DNA of 64,000 nt from Mobula hypostoma (taxonomy: Eukaryota). Of this stretch, positions 1-12,080 are shown piece after piece. The stretch covers positions 40,860,001 through 40,924,000 of the forward strand of contig NC_086097.1 in the NCBI RefSeq assembly GCF_963921235.1. Reading direction: 5' to 3'. The notes below the pieces were generated by a model, which was not told the DNA's origin, did no database searches, and saw only the letters and a list, made by a program, of their open reading frames with translations. Positions within the stretch are counted from its first letter, which is position 1. Each line of letters opens with the position of its first letter. The position numbers were made by a program, and so were the translations under genes.

Positions 1-1450
1 CGCACACACATAGACGGGCACACACGCAGACGGGCACACACACAGACGCACACACACAGATGGGCACACACACAGACGCACACACACAGACGCACACACA
101 CAGACGGGCACACACGCAGACGGGCACACACGCAGACGGGCACACACAGACGCACACACACAGACGGGCACACACAGACTCGCACACACACAGACGTACA
201 CGCACAGACGAGCACATGCACAGACACGCACACACACAGACTCGCACACACACAGACACACACACAGACGCACACACATAGACGGGCACACACGCAGACA
301 CACACACACAGATGGGCACACACACAGATGTACACGCACAGACGAGCACATGCACAGACACGCACACACACAGACTCGCACACACAGACGCGCACACACA
401 GACGGGCACACACGCAGACGCACACACACAGACGCACACGCAGACGGGCACACACGCAGACGCACACACGCAGACGCACACACGCAGACTCGCACACACA
501 GACTCACACAGACGCACAGACACAGACGGGCACACACACAGAGACTCGCACACACAGAGACTCGCACACATACAGACGCACACACACAGACGCACACACG
601 CAGATGCACACGCACACACAGATGCACACACACACAGACGAGCACACGCACAGACACAGACGCGCACACACAGACGCACACACACAGATGGGCACACACA
701 CACAGATGCACACACACACAGACGTACACGCACAGACTCGCACATGCACAGACACGCACACACACAGACTCGCACACACACAGACTCGCACACACACAGA
801 CACGCACACAGACGAGCACATGCACAGACACGCACACACACAGACTCGCACACACACAGACACGCACACAGACGCACACACATAGACGGGCACACACGCA
901 GACACACACGCAGATGGGCACACACACAGACGCACACACACAGATGGGCACACACACAGACGCACACACACAGACGCACACACACAGACGCACACACACA
1001 GACGGGCACACACGCAGACGGGCACACACGCAGACGGGCACACACAGACGCACACACACAGACGGGCACACACAGACTCGCACACACACAGACGTACACG
1101 CACAGACGAGCACATGCACAGACACGCACACACACAGACTCGCACACACACAGACACGCACACAGACGCACACACATAGACGGGCACACACGCAGACACA
1201 CACACACAGATGGGCACACACACAGATGCACACACACACAGATGTACACGCACAGACGAGCACATGCACAGACACGCACACACACAGACTCGCACACACA
1301 CAGACACGCACACAGACGCACACACATAGACGGGCACACACGCAGACACACACGCAGACGGGCACACACACAGACGCACACACACAGATGGGCACACACA
1401 CAGACGCACACACACAGACGCACACACACAGACGGGCACACACGCAAACG
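1..1450. repeat. Complex (CA)n-derived micro/minisatellite with CAGACG, CAGATGGG, CAGACTCG interruptions; runs off window start
   Basis: Almost pure CA dinucleotide backbone with recurring landmarks (GACGAGCACATGCACAGACACGC at 207, 341, 811, 1105, 1255). The His/Thr-rich ORFs are translation artefacts. Confidence 0.97.
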
Positions 1451-1459
1451 CATGCCAAC

Positions 1460-3905
1460 AAAAAAGGAAAGATGCGAAAAGGGCAATGGTATGACAGTCA
1501 TGGGAGATTTCAATGTGGGAAAATCTGGTTGGAAATGGATCCCAAGAGAGTGAGTTGATTGAATGCCTGTGAGATGGCTATTTAGAGCAATTTGTCTTTG
1601 ACCCTAGTAGGGGATCAGCTATTCTGGATTGTGTGTTATGCAATGAACTGAAGGTGATTAGGTGGCTTAAGGTAAAAGAACCCTTAGGACGTAATGATCA
1701 CAATATGACTGAGTTCAACATGAAATTTGATAGGGAGAGAGTAAAGTCTGATGTAGCAGTATTTCAGTGGAGTAAAGGAAATTAGAGTGATATGAGAGAG
1801 GAGTTGGCTAAAGTAAATTGGAAGGAGATGCTGGCAGGGATGACATCAGAGCAGCAATCGTGTGAGTTTCTGGCAAAAATTAGGAAAATGGCAAAACAGT
1901 ACAACCCTGGCTGACAAGGGATGCCAAAGCTAATGTAAAAGCAATAGAGAGAGCATATAACAAAGCAATTATTAGTGGAAAGCCAGATGAAAGGGAAACT
2001 TATAAAAACCCTACAGAAAGCAACTAAGGAATAATCATTAGGAGGGAAAAAGATGAAATATGAAAGCAAGCTAGCAAACAATATCAAAGTGGATAGTAAA
2101 AGCTTTTTCAAATATGTGAAAAATAAAAGATAGATGACATTGGATATAGGACCGCTAGAAACTGAGGCAGGAGAAATAATAACGGGGCAATGTGATGGCA
2201 GATAAACTCAAAGAATATTTTGCATCAGTCTTCACTGTGGAAGGCACTAGCAGTGTGCCAGATATTGAAGGGTGTGAGGGAACAAAAGTGAGTGCAGTTA
2301 CTATTACAGGGGAGAAGGTGCTCAAAAAGGTGAAAGACCTAAGGGTACGTAAGTCACCTGGAGCAGATGAACTGCACCCTAAGGTTCTGAAAGAGGTTGC
2401 GTTAGAAGTTGTGGAAGCATTAATGATAATCTTTCAAAAATCATTAGACTCTGGCATGGTGCCAGAGGACTGTAAAATTGCAAGTGTCACTCCACTCTTT
2501 AAGAAAGGAGGAAGGCTGCAAAAGAAAATTATGGACCAGTTAGCCTGGACTCAATGGTTGGGAAGATGTTGGAGTCAATTGTTAAGGATGAGGTTATGGA
2601 GTATTTGGTGGCACAGGACAAGATAGGACAAAGTAAGCATGATTTCCTTAAGGGAAAATCTTGCCTGATGAACCTGTTGGAATTCTTTGACGAGATTACA
2701 AATAGGATAGACAAAGGGGATGCAGTAGATGTTGTCTATTTGGACTTTCAGAAAGGTTTTGACAAAGTGCTGCATATCAGGTTGTTTGCAAAGTTAAGAG
2801 CCCATGGTATTACTCAATGGAATTTACTGGCATGGTTACAGCATTAGCTGATTGGCAGGAAGCAGCAAGTGGGAATAAAAGGATCCCTTTCTGGTTCGCT
2901 GCCAGTTACTAGTGGTGTTCTGCAGGGTTCAGTGTTGGGACTGCTTATTATGCTGCATATCTATGACCTATATGATGAAATAGAACGTTCTGTTATCAAG
3001 TTTGCAGATGATATGAAGATTGGTGCAGGGTCAGGTAGTGTTGAGGAAACAGATGGCTGAAGAAGGACTTAGACAGATTAGGAATATGGGCAAGAAAATG
3101 GCAAATTAAATACAATCTTGGAAAATGCATGGCCATGCACTTTGGTAGGAGAAATGAATGTGCAGCTATTTTCTAAATGGGGAGAAAATCCAAAAATCTG
3201 AAATGCAAAGGAACTTGGGAGTTGTCATGTAGAACATCCAAAAGGTTAACTTGCAGGTAGAGTCAATGGTGAGGAAGACAAATGCTATATTAGCATTCAT
3301 TTCAAGAGGTCTAGAATACAAGAGCAGGGATGTGATGCTGAGGCTTTATAAGGCACTGGTGAGGCCTCAGCGTGAGTATTGTGAGCAGTTTTGGACTCCT
3401 CATGTTAAAAAAAAATGTGCTGACATTGGAGAGGGTCCAGAGGCGGTTCACAAGGATGATTCTGGGAATTAAAGGGTTATCACCTGAGGAAAGTTTGATG
3501 ACTCTGGGTCTGTACTTGCTGGAATTTAAAAGGGTGAGGGGGTATCTCAGTGAAACCTTTTAAATGTTGAAAGGCCATGACAGAGTAGATGTGGAAAAGA
3601 TGTTTCCCATGTTGGGGGCACAGTCGCAGGATAGAGAAGCATTCATTCAAAACAGGGATAAGCAAAACATTTTTTTAGCCAGAGGGTGGTGAATTTATGG
3701 AATTTATTACCACAGACAGCTGTAGAGAACAGGTCGTTTCCTGTATTTAAGACAGAGATTGATTGATTCTTGATTGGACACGGCATTAAAGGTTATGGGG
3801 AGAAGGTTGGGGAGTGGGGCTGAGGAGAGAGAAAAAGATCAGCCATGATTGAATGGCGGAGCAGACTCGATGGGCCTAATAGGCTCATTGTCTTAAGGTC
3901 TTATG
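1460..3905 (+). mobile_element. CR1 LINE, 5'-truncated, degenerate ORF2 (APE endonuclease end + RT) and 3' UTR
   Basis: ORF fragments VMGDFN, KSPGADELHPKVLKE, DVVYLDFQKGFDKV, GVLQGSVLG..KFADD, LERVQRRFTRMI; many stops and frameshifts; CR1-type 3' end ...gtcttatg. Confidence 0.93.
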
Positions 3906-3989
3906 TGTTAATGAACCGGTTTACTATTTCAATTAAATGGTATCGCTGTTCCAAAACCATAGAAAGCTGTGGCACTGAAGTAGCTCAGA

Positions 3990-4200
3990 AGGTCCATGCA
4001 AGCCTCTTGGATTTTTGATTGCTTTCCCTTCCCAGCTCTTTGTCCATAGCCTTGCAGGTTTTGGCACATCAGGCGCTTGTCCAGATGCACATGGTAAGTA
4101 CTTCTACCACCGACGTGATCTCCAGACCCCCAGTGCTCAGTGAGGGAAAACACTTTTAATTCCATCAATTACCCTCTAATCCATCTACCAAATCACTTAA
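3990..4200 (-). mobile_element. Old CR1 3' fragment
   Basis: Minus-strand translation ...LQGYGQRAGK resembles the CR1 ORF2 C-terminus seen in other copies here. Confidence 0.55.
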
Positions 4201-4829
4201 GCAATTGCTGGAGTGGTAGTTTTAGCAGAATGTTTGCTCCGATTCAATGTACTTATAATCCACCAACAGGATATTTAGTGACTTGTCTTCCTCTTACAAC
4301 ATCTGTCATTTGGTAATGAATATAATGGAAGCATTTCCAGGCAACAGTTACAAACAGACCTGTTGAATTTTCAATGTCTGTTAAGCAATTGGCTAATGTT
4401 TATTGCATAAACATTGCCACAAGGTTTAAGGTTAATTTAAATTCTGCTGCTCTGTAGAAATGTCTACTCATTTACATAATTTCAGTGTGAATTTTTCTGC
4501 TAATCTAATTTAAGTCTGTGTCACTGCTGGAAGTATTGCCCAAGTGCCAAGTATGAACTTGCAATTACTGGGAAGGCTACTCTGCTGCTTCCTGACCTGA
4601 TGAAGACTGATGATACTAATAGGAGCAGGAGCTGACATGGCTGAGCAAATAATGGACGAGCATTCTCTGGCATTAACAAGTTGAATGTGATTGACCCTCG
4701 AGTTTTCAGTTCTGGTAACTTTCATCACTGGTCGGAAGACAGCGATTATATAATTGGTTTTCCATCTCTCTATAAATCTAGTTGGTCATTAGCCCTATCT
4801 GTCCACAGTTTTGTGAACCCTCATATAAA

Positions 4830-4990
4830 TAAGACCATAAGAGATGGGAGCAGAATTTGGCCATTTGGCCCATCGAGCCTGCTTTGCCATTTTATCATGG
4901 CTGATCCAATTTTCCTCTTAACTTTCTGCCTCCGTCCCATATCCTTTCATGCCCTGACCAATCAAGAATCTATCAACCTCTGCCTTAAAT
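4830..4990 (-). mobile_element. CR1 3' end fragment
   Basis: aagaccataagagatgggagcagaatttggcc...caacctctgccttaaata is the reverse complement of the CR1 3' UTR/tail at 15250-15410. Confidence 0.8.
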
Positions 4991-5239
4991 AGATACTCAG
5001 ACCCCGCAACGCTGAGGATGCGCTCCTCAAAGGTGGAGTGCTATGCAGGGTCATTATACATAAATGGACATGTGCCTGACAAAAAGAAAATCAATCCCAA
5101 GATATATGATGTATTATTTTATGTATACACAATAATTTGTGGAATAACAAGCGCTCAAATAGGCCTGACCTGTACATCAATGGAGCAGCAACAAATTGTA
5201 GCAGCAGTAGAGGGAAGTGAGTGATAGCTGCATCTTAGA

Positions 5240-5620
5240 GGAGGGACCAGGCTGTGGGTCCTCCTCAAATTTTGGATTCTTCTTCAAGTGGGCCTCAAGA
5301 TTTGACCGCCGTTTTTGTAGGTTTCCTCTCTTGAAGCAGATCTCGGTAGCAGCAGATCATGTCGAGAACACCTCTGTTTGCCTTATTGCTTCACTCCCAG
5401 TCAGGTCCTCTCCTTCATCCATGTCCTGAGATTCACCCAGGATGCGTTGCTCTGCCAATTCTCAAAGCTCTTTGTTATTAAGGCTCTCACCATGAGAATG
5501 CAGTAACTCTTCAACATCGCCATCATTACCGTCTCAAATTCTGCTGCATTGGCCAGTTCAATGCTGTTTTGGATGACTGATTCTGCCTGAATTCATAGGA
5601 TTTGCATGGAGGTGTTGAAC
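5240..5620 (-). mobile_element. Tigger/pogo (Tc1-mariner superfamily) transposase C-terminal relic
   Basis: Minus strand reads DGDVEELLHSHGESLNNKEL*ELAEQRI, matching the DVEELL.SH.E.L..EEL motif of Tigger transposases; TIRs not resolved. Confidence 0.6.
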
Positions 5621-5797
5621 AACACCATTGTCCATCTTTGAGGATTAGAGCCACCCTACCGAATCACTTATCAAATCATATTATATTCAGACATGTAATC
5701 AGATTGATCCACATACAAAAACATATGAAGCAAGGTAGCAGGTTCTTTAGTCTAACTCTTCCACGCAGACCAAGATATCTATCCGAGTCATTACTAT

Positions 5798-6652
5798 TTC
5801 AAGATTCAAGTTTAAACTAGTTATCACATATACCTGTACATGAAAGCATACAGAAAATGGGCATTTGTGTTAACAGGTCTTGCCACACATTCCAGCACCT
5901 ATTTCGCATGCTCACAATGCTTGGCAGAACAACATAGGAGACAACAAAACAGAACACAAGAAGCAACAAAGCAACATCATCAAAATAAGCCCCGTTCCTC
6001 CCTCCCGCCCATTCCAGGACAGGCTGCCTTCTTCAGCCTCAGACTCCAGCGTACTCATATTTGGACTCAGACTCACAGACATTGGGCCTTTGACTACCCC
6101 AGCAAGCTCGCAGAGACTCACAGACTTTGTCAATGGGACTCGACTTCTGGACTTATGATCTGGCCCTTGGGCCTTGATGGTCAACCTCAACTTCAGGACC
6201 TGACAATGACCAAATAATAGGTCTCAAAGTCCAGATTTGCCAATGCCAGGACCCCAAACACAAGGCCCCGAACTCTGGCCTCACTGATTCACAGACATAG
6301 GGAGTCACCAGATCTCGCTACTCCTGTCCACATAGCACTCCGACTCGATAACCCGCCTACGACTCATTGACCCAGCAGGGGGGCACCATCTTTCATCCGC
6401 ACTGGTCTGCAGACGTGACATCTGGCTGAATATCCTGTCCTGGTCCACAGATGTCCCATGACTATGTCACTGGCTTTGAAATGTGGAATGGAGATTTAGA
6501 CTCCTGCCTGTCCTCTTATTCCCCCACTTCTTGGCTTTAAACCCTAACCTGACTCCTAACTCCCCTCTAAATCCCCAAAACTATTCCTATGAGCATAAAA
6601 ATAAACCTAAAACTCGGCAGTGATCCAGAGTTCACAGCTCGGCGCCATCTTG
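5798..6652 (-). mobile_element. Putative non-autonomous non-LTR retroposon
   Basis: Minus-strand 5' end CAAGATGGCGCCG (6640-6652); short tandem tail (ttcaagattcaag on +, 5798-5810); no recognisable coding capacity. Confidence 0.45.
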
Positions 6653-6659
6653 CAATTGA

Positions 6660-6865
6660 CAAGACATTTGGTTGCATTTGGGCTCATATTCATCTGAACC
6701 TTTTCTCTCATGTACCTGTCCAAATAGCCTTTAAACATTCCAGTTGTACCTGCCGCTACAGTTTCCTCTGGCAGCCTGTTCCATATGTCCAGCTCCCTAC
6801 ATATGTGAAAGTTTCCCCTAGGGTCCATATTAAATTTTTACCCTGTCACCTTAAACCTATGTTTT
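6660..6865 (-). mobile_element. CR1 3' fragment
   Basis: ORF 6607..6828 (RGNF..WNRLPEETVAAGT..FKGYLDRYM) matches the CR1 ORF2 C-terminus. Confidence 0.8.
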
Positions 6866-8512
6866 GTTGAGGTGCAAGAAGAATGCAATTGTTTTCTTAA
6901 CAAAGCATTAATGTTGAAAGCCCTGTATCTGCAGTCAAAGTGTGAGATGATGGCCTTTAACACAAAATGCTTTGCAAAGAAGTAAGTCAACAATTTGCGT
7001 TAAAAGGCTGCCAGATTCTGTGTACGCCCTGTTTCACTATCTGCTTTTGATGCTGAAGTTGTCTTTCTCTTGCTGCCTACTGCCTCAGCTGTGAGAGCTC
7101 TGGTGTTGAAGTCAGGAGATTTCCTCAGCCATATCAGCTGAAAATTGTTCTGTACCTCAGCGGTAGATTGTATGCTTGTGAGATATACATGAGTAAGATG
7201 CTAATTCGATCAGCTAGGTGATGTTAGCAGAATTCAGCATTACAATTCTGTGTTAGCATTTTAGTGAACTGGAAGTTTGTCATAGCAACAGTCGCTTTCA
7301 GATTCTGAACAAGCAAAAATGCGTAAGTATTTTGACAAATTGTCAGCGCTTTTCTTTTAATACATTTGAAATATGTAAACAAAACTGCAATATGAGCCAT
7401 AGTGCACACCTCACACACCTTAGAAAAGTGTGAAGGTATAGATGAAGTAAGACGGGGAGCAGCGCATGTGTGAGAGGAAACTTAATTCTTGATAAGTGGA
7501 AGGAATGGAGAAGACAAACTTTTCATGGCTTTATTCTGAGAGTAATGAGCCATAATACGAATGAGGACAATGTTCCACTGGTAATTTCAGACGACCTATG
7601 TTGACAACACCCTAGACCTTTCTTTAAGCACAGATCTTTCCTTGGAGGTTTCAACCGCATTTTGCACTGGTTTCTGGGGTCAGCACGCTTTTGAAAAGTT
7701 GAGGGCATTTCATATAATCGATTTACCTCTCCGCAGTTTCAATCTTCATTGAACATATGGTATGTTGAAAATAATTGTTGAATAAGAAAGCAGAGAGACA
7801 AATGCCTTATTTACTTCATTGGGAAGTGGTATTGACATAGCTGTGATTTTCCAAAGCACTAAGTAGCATATCAAATTTGATTAAAGTTGACTAGTCACAA
7901 TTAGCAGCATTTTTAATGCTTTCTCAGTCTGTACAGAATTAGCTTGTAAATAATGAATGGTAATGGATTATTTCACTGTGGTAATTTAATTGTAGATTCT
8001 CAGAACAGCAAGACGGAAGTGTGAAATCATTAAACAGATATAGACGGTCATAGGTTTTATTTGATAGCAAAGTTTAGAAGTGTCTGGCTTTGAAAATTTA
8101 CATTGTGAAATTGAAAGCAATGTTGCTTGGAGGCATTAAAATAATCAACCTTTAGTCCAGTTGCTCATCTGGAAAATTGTGTGCTTCTTCATAAACTCTA
8201 GTAGCTTTAGTTGTTCACTTTTCTCTCTTCCATTAAATGCATTGGCATTTATTTTTCTACATTCCTTTGTCAGATTATTTGTTAAAGATGCTGCTGTTTT
8301 ATGACCTAGAATCAAAGTGCCAGCTATTATTCCCTCCCTGAGTTTGGAATGCTAAGGACAATTAGAATGTTCTTCCTCCTACCCTTGGTACATACAGATC
8401 AACCAACTGGACAGAGATTGGTGCGAAATCATATGCTAGTTTGTGATCTTCCATAGATAAATCAGTAGAGGACATGCCTGTCACCCGACGCTCAGTGAGC
8501 TGGAGAGGAGAT

Positions 8513-11500
8513 CTCTTCTTCTTCTTCTTCTTCTTCATGTTGCTTGCGCGTTACATGCTTGGGCGATCATGGCTCTCCACATCGAAAAATCCCTCGCAGC
8601 GTCAATGATATCTTGCAAATTTAGATTTGTTAGCTCTTTCCCAGTGTTCATATATTTTCTTCTTTGCCTTCCTCTTCCGCGTTTCCCAGGCATACGGCCA
8701 TGTAATGTAAGGCATTCTATTTCTCCCTTTCTGATGACATGGCCCAGGAATTTAAGTTTCTTCTCATTTAACGTTCTCATTAAAGATCTTTTGGTGTGGG
8801 CACGTTGAAGTACTGTCTCATTTGTTACCCTATCTCTATATGATATTTTCAGCATTCTTCTAAGAAACCACATTTCTGTTGCTTCTAAGTTTCTTTGGAG
8901 TTCTGTGTTATAGTCCATGTTTCGGAAGCATACAGTAATATTGACCAGATGTAACATTTTAGTAGCCTAAGCCTTGTTGTCATAGAAATGTGTCTGTTGG
9001 TAAAAATGGGTTTCATTTTTTTGGAAGTTAGTTTTGGCAATGGCAATACTTCTTTTTATTTCTACTTTACTTCTAGCATCTTGTGATATAAAGCTACCAA
9101 GGTAATTAAAGCCGGTCTTTTGATCAACATCTTGGTTACCAATGTACAATTGGCAGTTGGGAGTATCCTGATGTTTTGATAATGCCATATATTTGGTTTT
9201 TTTTTACAGTTGATGTTTAGACCAAAATCTGCACTTATTTATACTACGTTGTACTACTACCACTGATTTGTAGGTCTTCTGCAGCACTTGCTGTTAAGGT
9301 GGTATCATCTGCATATCTTAAGTTGTTGACGTTAGCACCTCCAATTTTTATCCCATCTAGGTCTTCTATTTGTCTGAGAATCATTTCATTATAGATATTA
9401 AATAATTCCGGTGAGGCAACGCATCCCTGTCTAACTCCTCTTTGAATTTTAGTCTAGCTGCTTATATTATCATCAATTTTTACCACTACCGTTTGGTTCC
9501 AGTATAAATTTTGAAGCAGTTGTTGGTCCCTTCCATCAATGTTTAGATTAGCGAGAATTTGGAATAATTTTTCATGATACACCTTGTCGAATGCTTTAGT
9601 GAAATCCATAAAACATAAAAAGGCATCATTTTGATATTCAATTGCCTTTTCTGAAAGCATTCATAGTATGAAAATTGTGTTCCTTTTTCCTCTATCCTTA
9701 ATAAACCTATATTGCAGTTTAGAAGTTTCTGGACTTAATTTGTTTTTAATTCGACTCAGAACAACTCTCAACAAAATCTTTATTATGTGATTCATAAAAC
9801 TGATTGTTCTATAATTTTCGCAGTCAATAGTTCCAGGAATTTTTGGCAGAGTTATAAATACTGATTTCAAGAGATCATCAGGCAATACACCAGACTCATA
9901 CATGCCATTAAACCGTTCAAAAAGAATATCTACGCCCAGATCTTCTAGGGCTTGTATCATTTCCACTGAAATTTCATCAGGTCCAGTGGCTTTACCAAGT
10001 TTCTTCTTTGGTAATAGGTAGGCCAGAATTAGGGTGTTTAATATCTGGGGGTTTCCCTTTATTGTCTTCAAAAAGCTGCTCTGTATACTGAATCCACCTC
10101 TCACATACTTTATCTGGATCTCTTAGTACGTATCTGTCTGCTGATCTTATGCATCCTGTAGAGGAGCTTTTCTTAATTCCAGTAATTTCCTTAATTTTCT
10201 TGTGCATTTCTTTGCTGTTGTTAATATGGCCTTCTACTTCATTGTATTTTTGATTCAGCCATTCTTCCTTTGTAATATTGCACAATTGTCTGGTCTGTCT
10301 GTCTAGCTCTCTGTATCGCACTTCATTATTCTTCACTAACCTTCTTTGTTCCATCAGATCTAGAATTTCTTGGGTTATCCACCCCTTGCTGGTGTGTTGG
10401 ATTTCTTGTACTGGGATTATCTCCTTTTCTGATTGCTGCATAGTATATTTAAATCTGTTCCAAATAAGTGTTGTTACATTTTCTTTGAGGTGTTCTTCTA
10501 CAGCTGTTTTGAATTGTTGCTTAAGTATGCTATTATTTTTAAGTTCTCCCAACATATACTTCTTTCTCTTTTTTTCCACGTTTCAGTTTCTTTAATTTTC
10601 ATTTAATGGTAGCTATTACTGGGTGGTGATCTGAACCACAGTCTGCTCCTGGGTAGGCTTTAGAATTCGTGATATGATTTCTAAAGCGTTCATTGATGGT
10701 AATGAAATCTATTTGATTCCTTGTTCTATCTCCAGGGCTAATCCAAGAACACAATCTATGTGGATAGTTTTTATACCAAGTATTAGTGATCCTTGGTTGT
10801 TTCTGACACGCCAATTAGTAAACCATTCTCCATTTTCATTTTTCTCCCCTCATCCAAAAGGTCCTATGATGTTATCAACCCTTTCCTGTCCAACTTTGGA
10901 GTTAAAATCTCTCATGACTAGTTTTACTTCCTGAGATTTACATTGCTCATAAGCACTGTTGAGATCTTCATAAAACTTGTTGATATCCTCTTCATCCACA
11001 TCATTTGTTGGCGCATAGGCTTGGATTATGCTAATGTTAAAAGGGTTACCCCTTAATTTTACCAAAAGCAGCCGGTCAGATATCGCCCAATATCCCATGA
11101 CATTTTGATACTTGTTTGTTTAAAATAATTCCAACTCCATACATATGCTATTGCCCTCCAGAACACATTATCAGAGAACTATTCTTAGTGAATTTGCCAC
11201 TGTCGGTCCATTTAATTTCTGACAGACCTAAGATATCAAATTCCAACCTTTTCATTTCATTTAATGTGTTCTCCAACTTTCCTTTCTGGTAAAGTGTATG
11301 GATGTCCCATGTTGCTATCCTCAGCTTTTCCCTATTGCTTACAGTCTCTGGATGATGGTCTGGTGTCACCTGTAGCACATGACTACCCCTACCGAGCGAG
11401 GTGTTGTTCTGTTGACTAGAATCAACCCCATTTATGCTGTTGTCTGGTTTCCTTCTTTTGTTTCCTTCCATGATTGACTAGGCAGATATTACAACAGTGG

Positions 11501-11871
11501 TTTGCCATTGCCTTCTGTTGCTGCAGTGCTCATTTAACTAGAGCATTTGACCTCTACTGGTGTTCCCAATTGGGAATCATACACTAGACGTCGCCCAACC
11601 TTTGCTGTTGTTGTTCAAGGTCAACCCTCCACCAAAGCTTGGAATCCTTCTCCCTGCTGCCGGAGACGTCAGTGATTTTAGGTGACACCACCACCATCAG
11701 TCTGGTTATTTATCTGGCACCAAACACTCGTCATAGACAGAGCTCCTTCAGCGAGATGGTGCACCCGGACCTAAGTCCTCCGTGAAGGTGGAGTTGTCTT
11801 GGGTGGGAGAGCTATGTAATTGCTTTTGGTATTTCCTGATATTTAGTCAGGACTAAACCACCCCATACACC
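8513..11871 (-). mobile_element. Full-length RTE-clade (BovB-like) LINE with degenerate single EN-RT ORF (~11471-8535), (AAG)n tail and 13-bp TSD
   Basis: APE motifs (IATWDIHTL, LGLSEIKW, DFNSKVG, NQIDFI, GSDHHPV); RT motifs (DFTKAFDKV, RYADD near 9305-9320); RTE C-terminus (EATEMWFLRRML, GKRGRGR); (CTT)n at 8514-8535; TSD CTGGAGAGGAGAT at 8500-8512 and 11872-11884; RTE motif GAAGGCAATGGCAAACCACTG (minus, 11495-11515). Confidence 0.93.
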
Positions 11872-12080
11872 CTGGAGAGGAGATACAGCAGGGTATTTCC
11901 TGGATTGGATGACTTTCATTGTGGGAGGAGATAAGATCAGCTAAACATGCTTTCTCTGGATTGAAGAAAGCTGAAGGGTAACCTGAAAGAAATGTATAGG
12001 ATGATGAGATGGTATACAATCAAAGACCATTTTATCTGGTGACTCTTGTACCTAATATAGAGGTCACTGAGCAAATGTTC

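Noticed and set aside
1..1450. Repeat array as a CRISPR-like locus
   Set aside because: No constant repeat with unique spacers, no cas genes, and a vertebrate context
60..1558. Long His/Thr/Arg-rich ORFs (up to 413 aa) and the antisense Val/Cys ORF
   Set aside because: Products of the stop-poor (CA)n satellite, open in several frames at once; not genes
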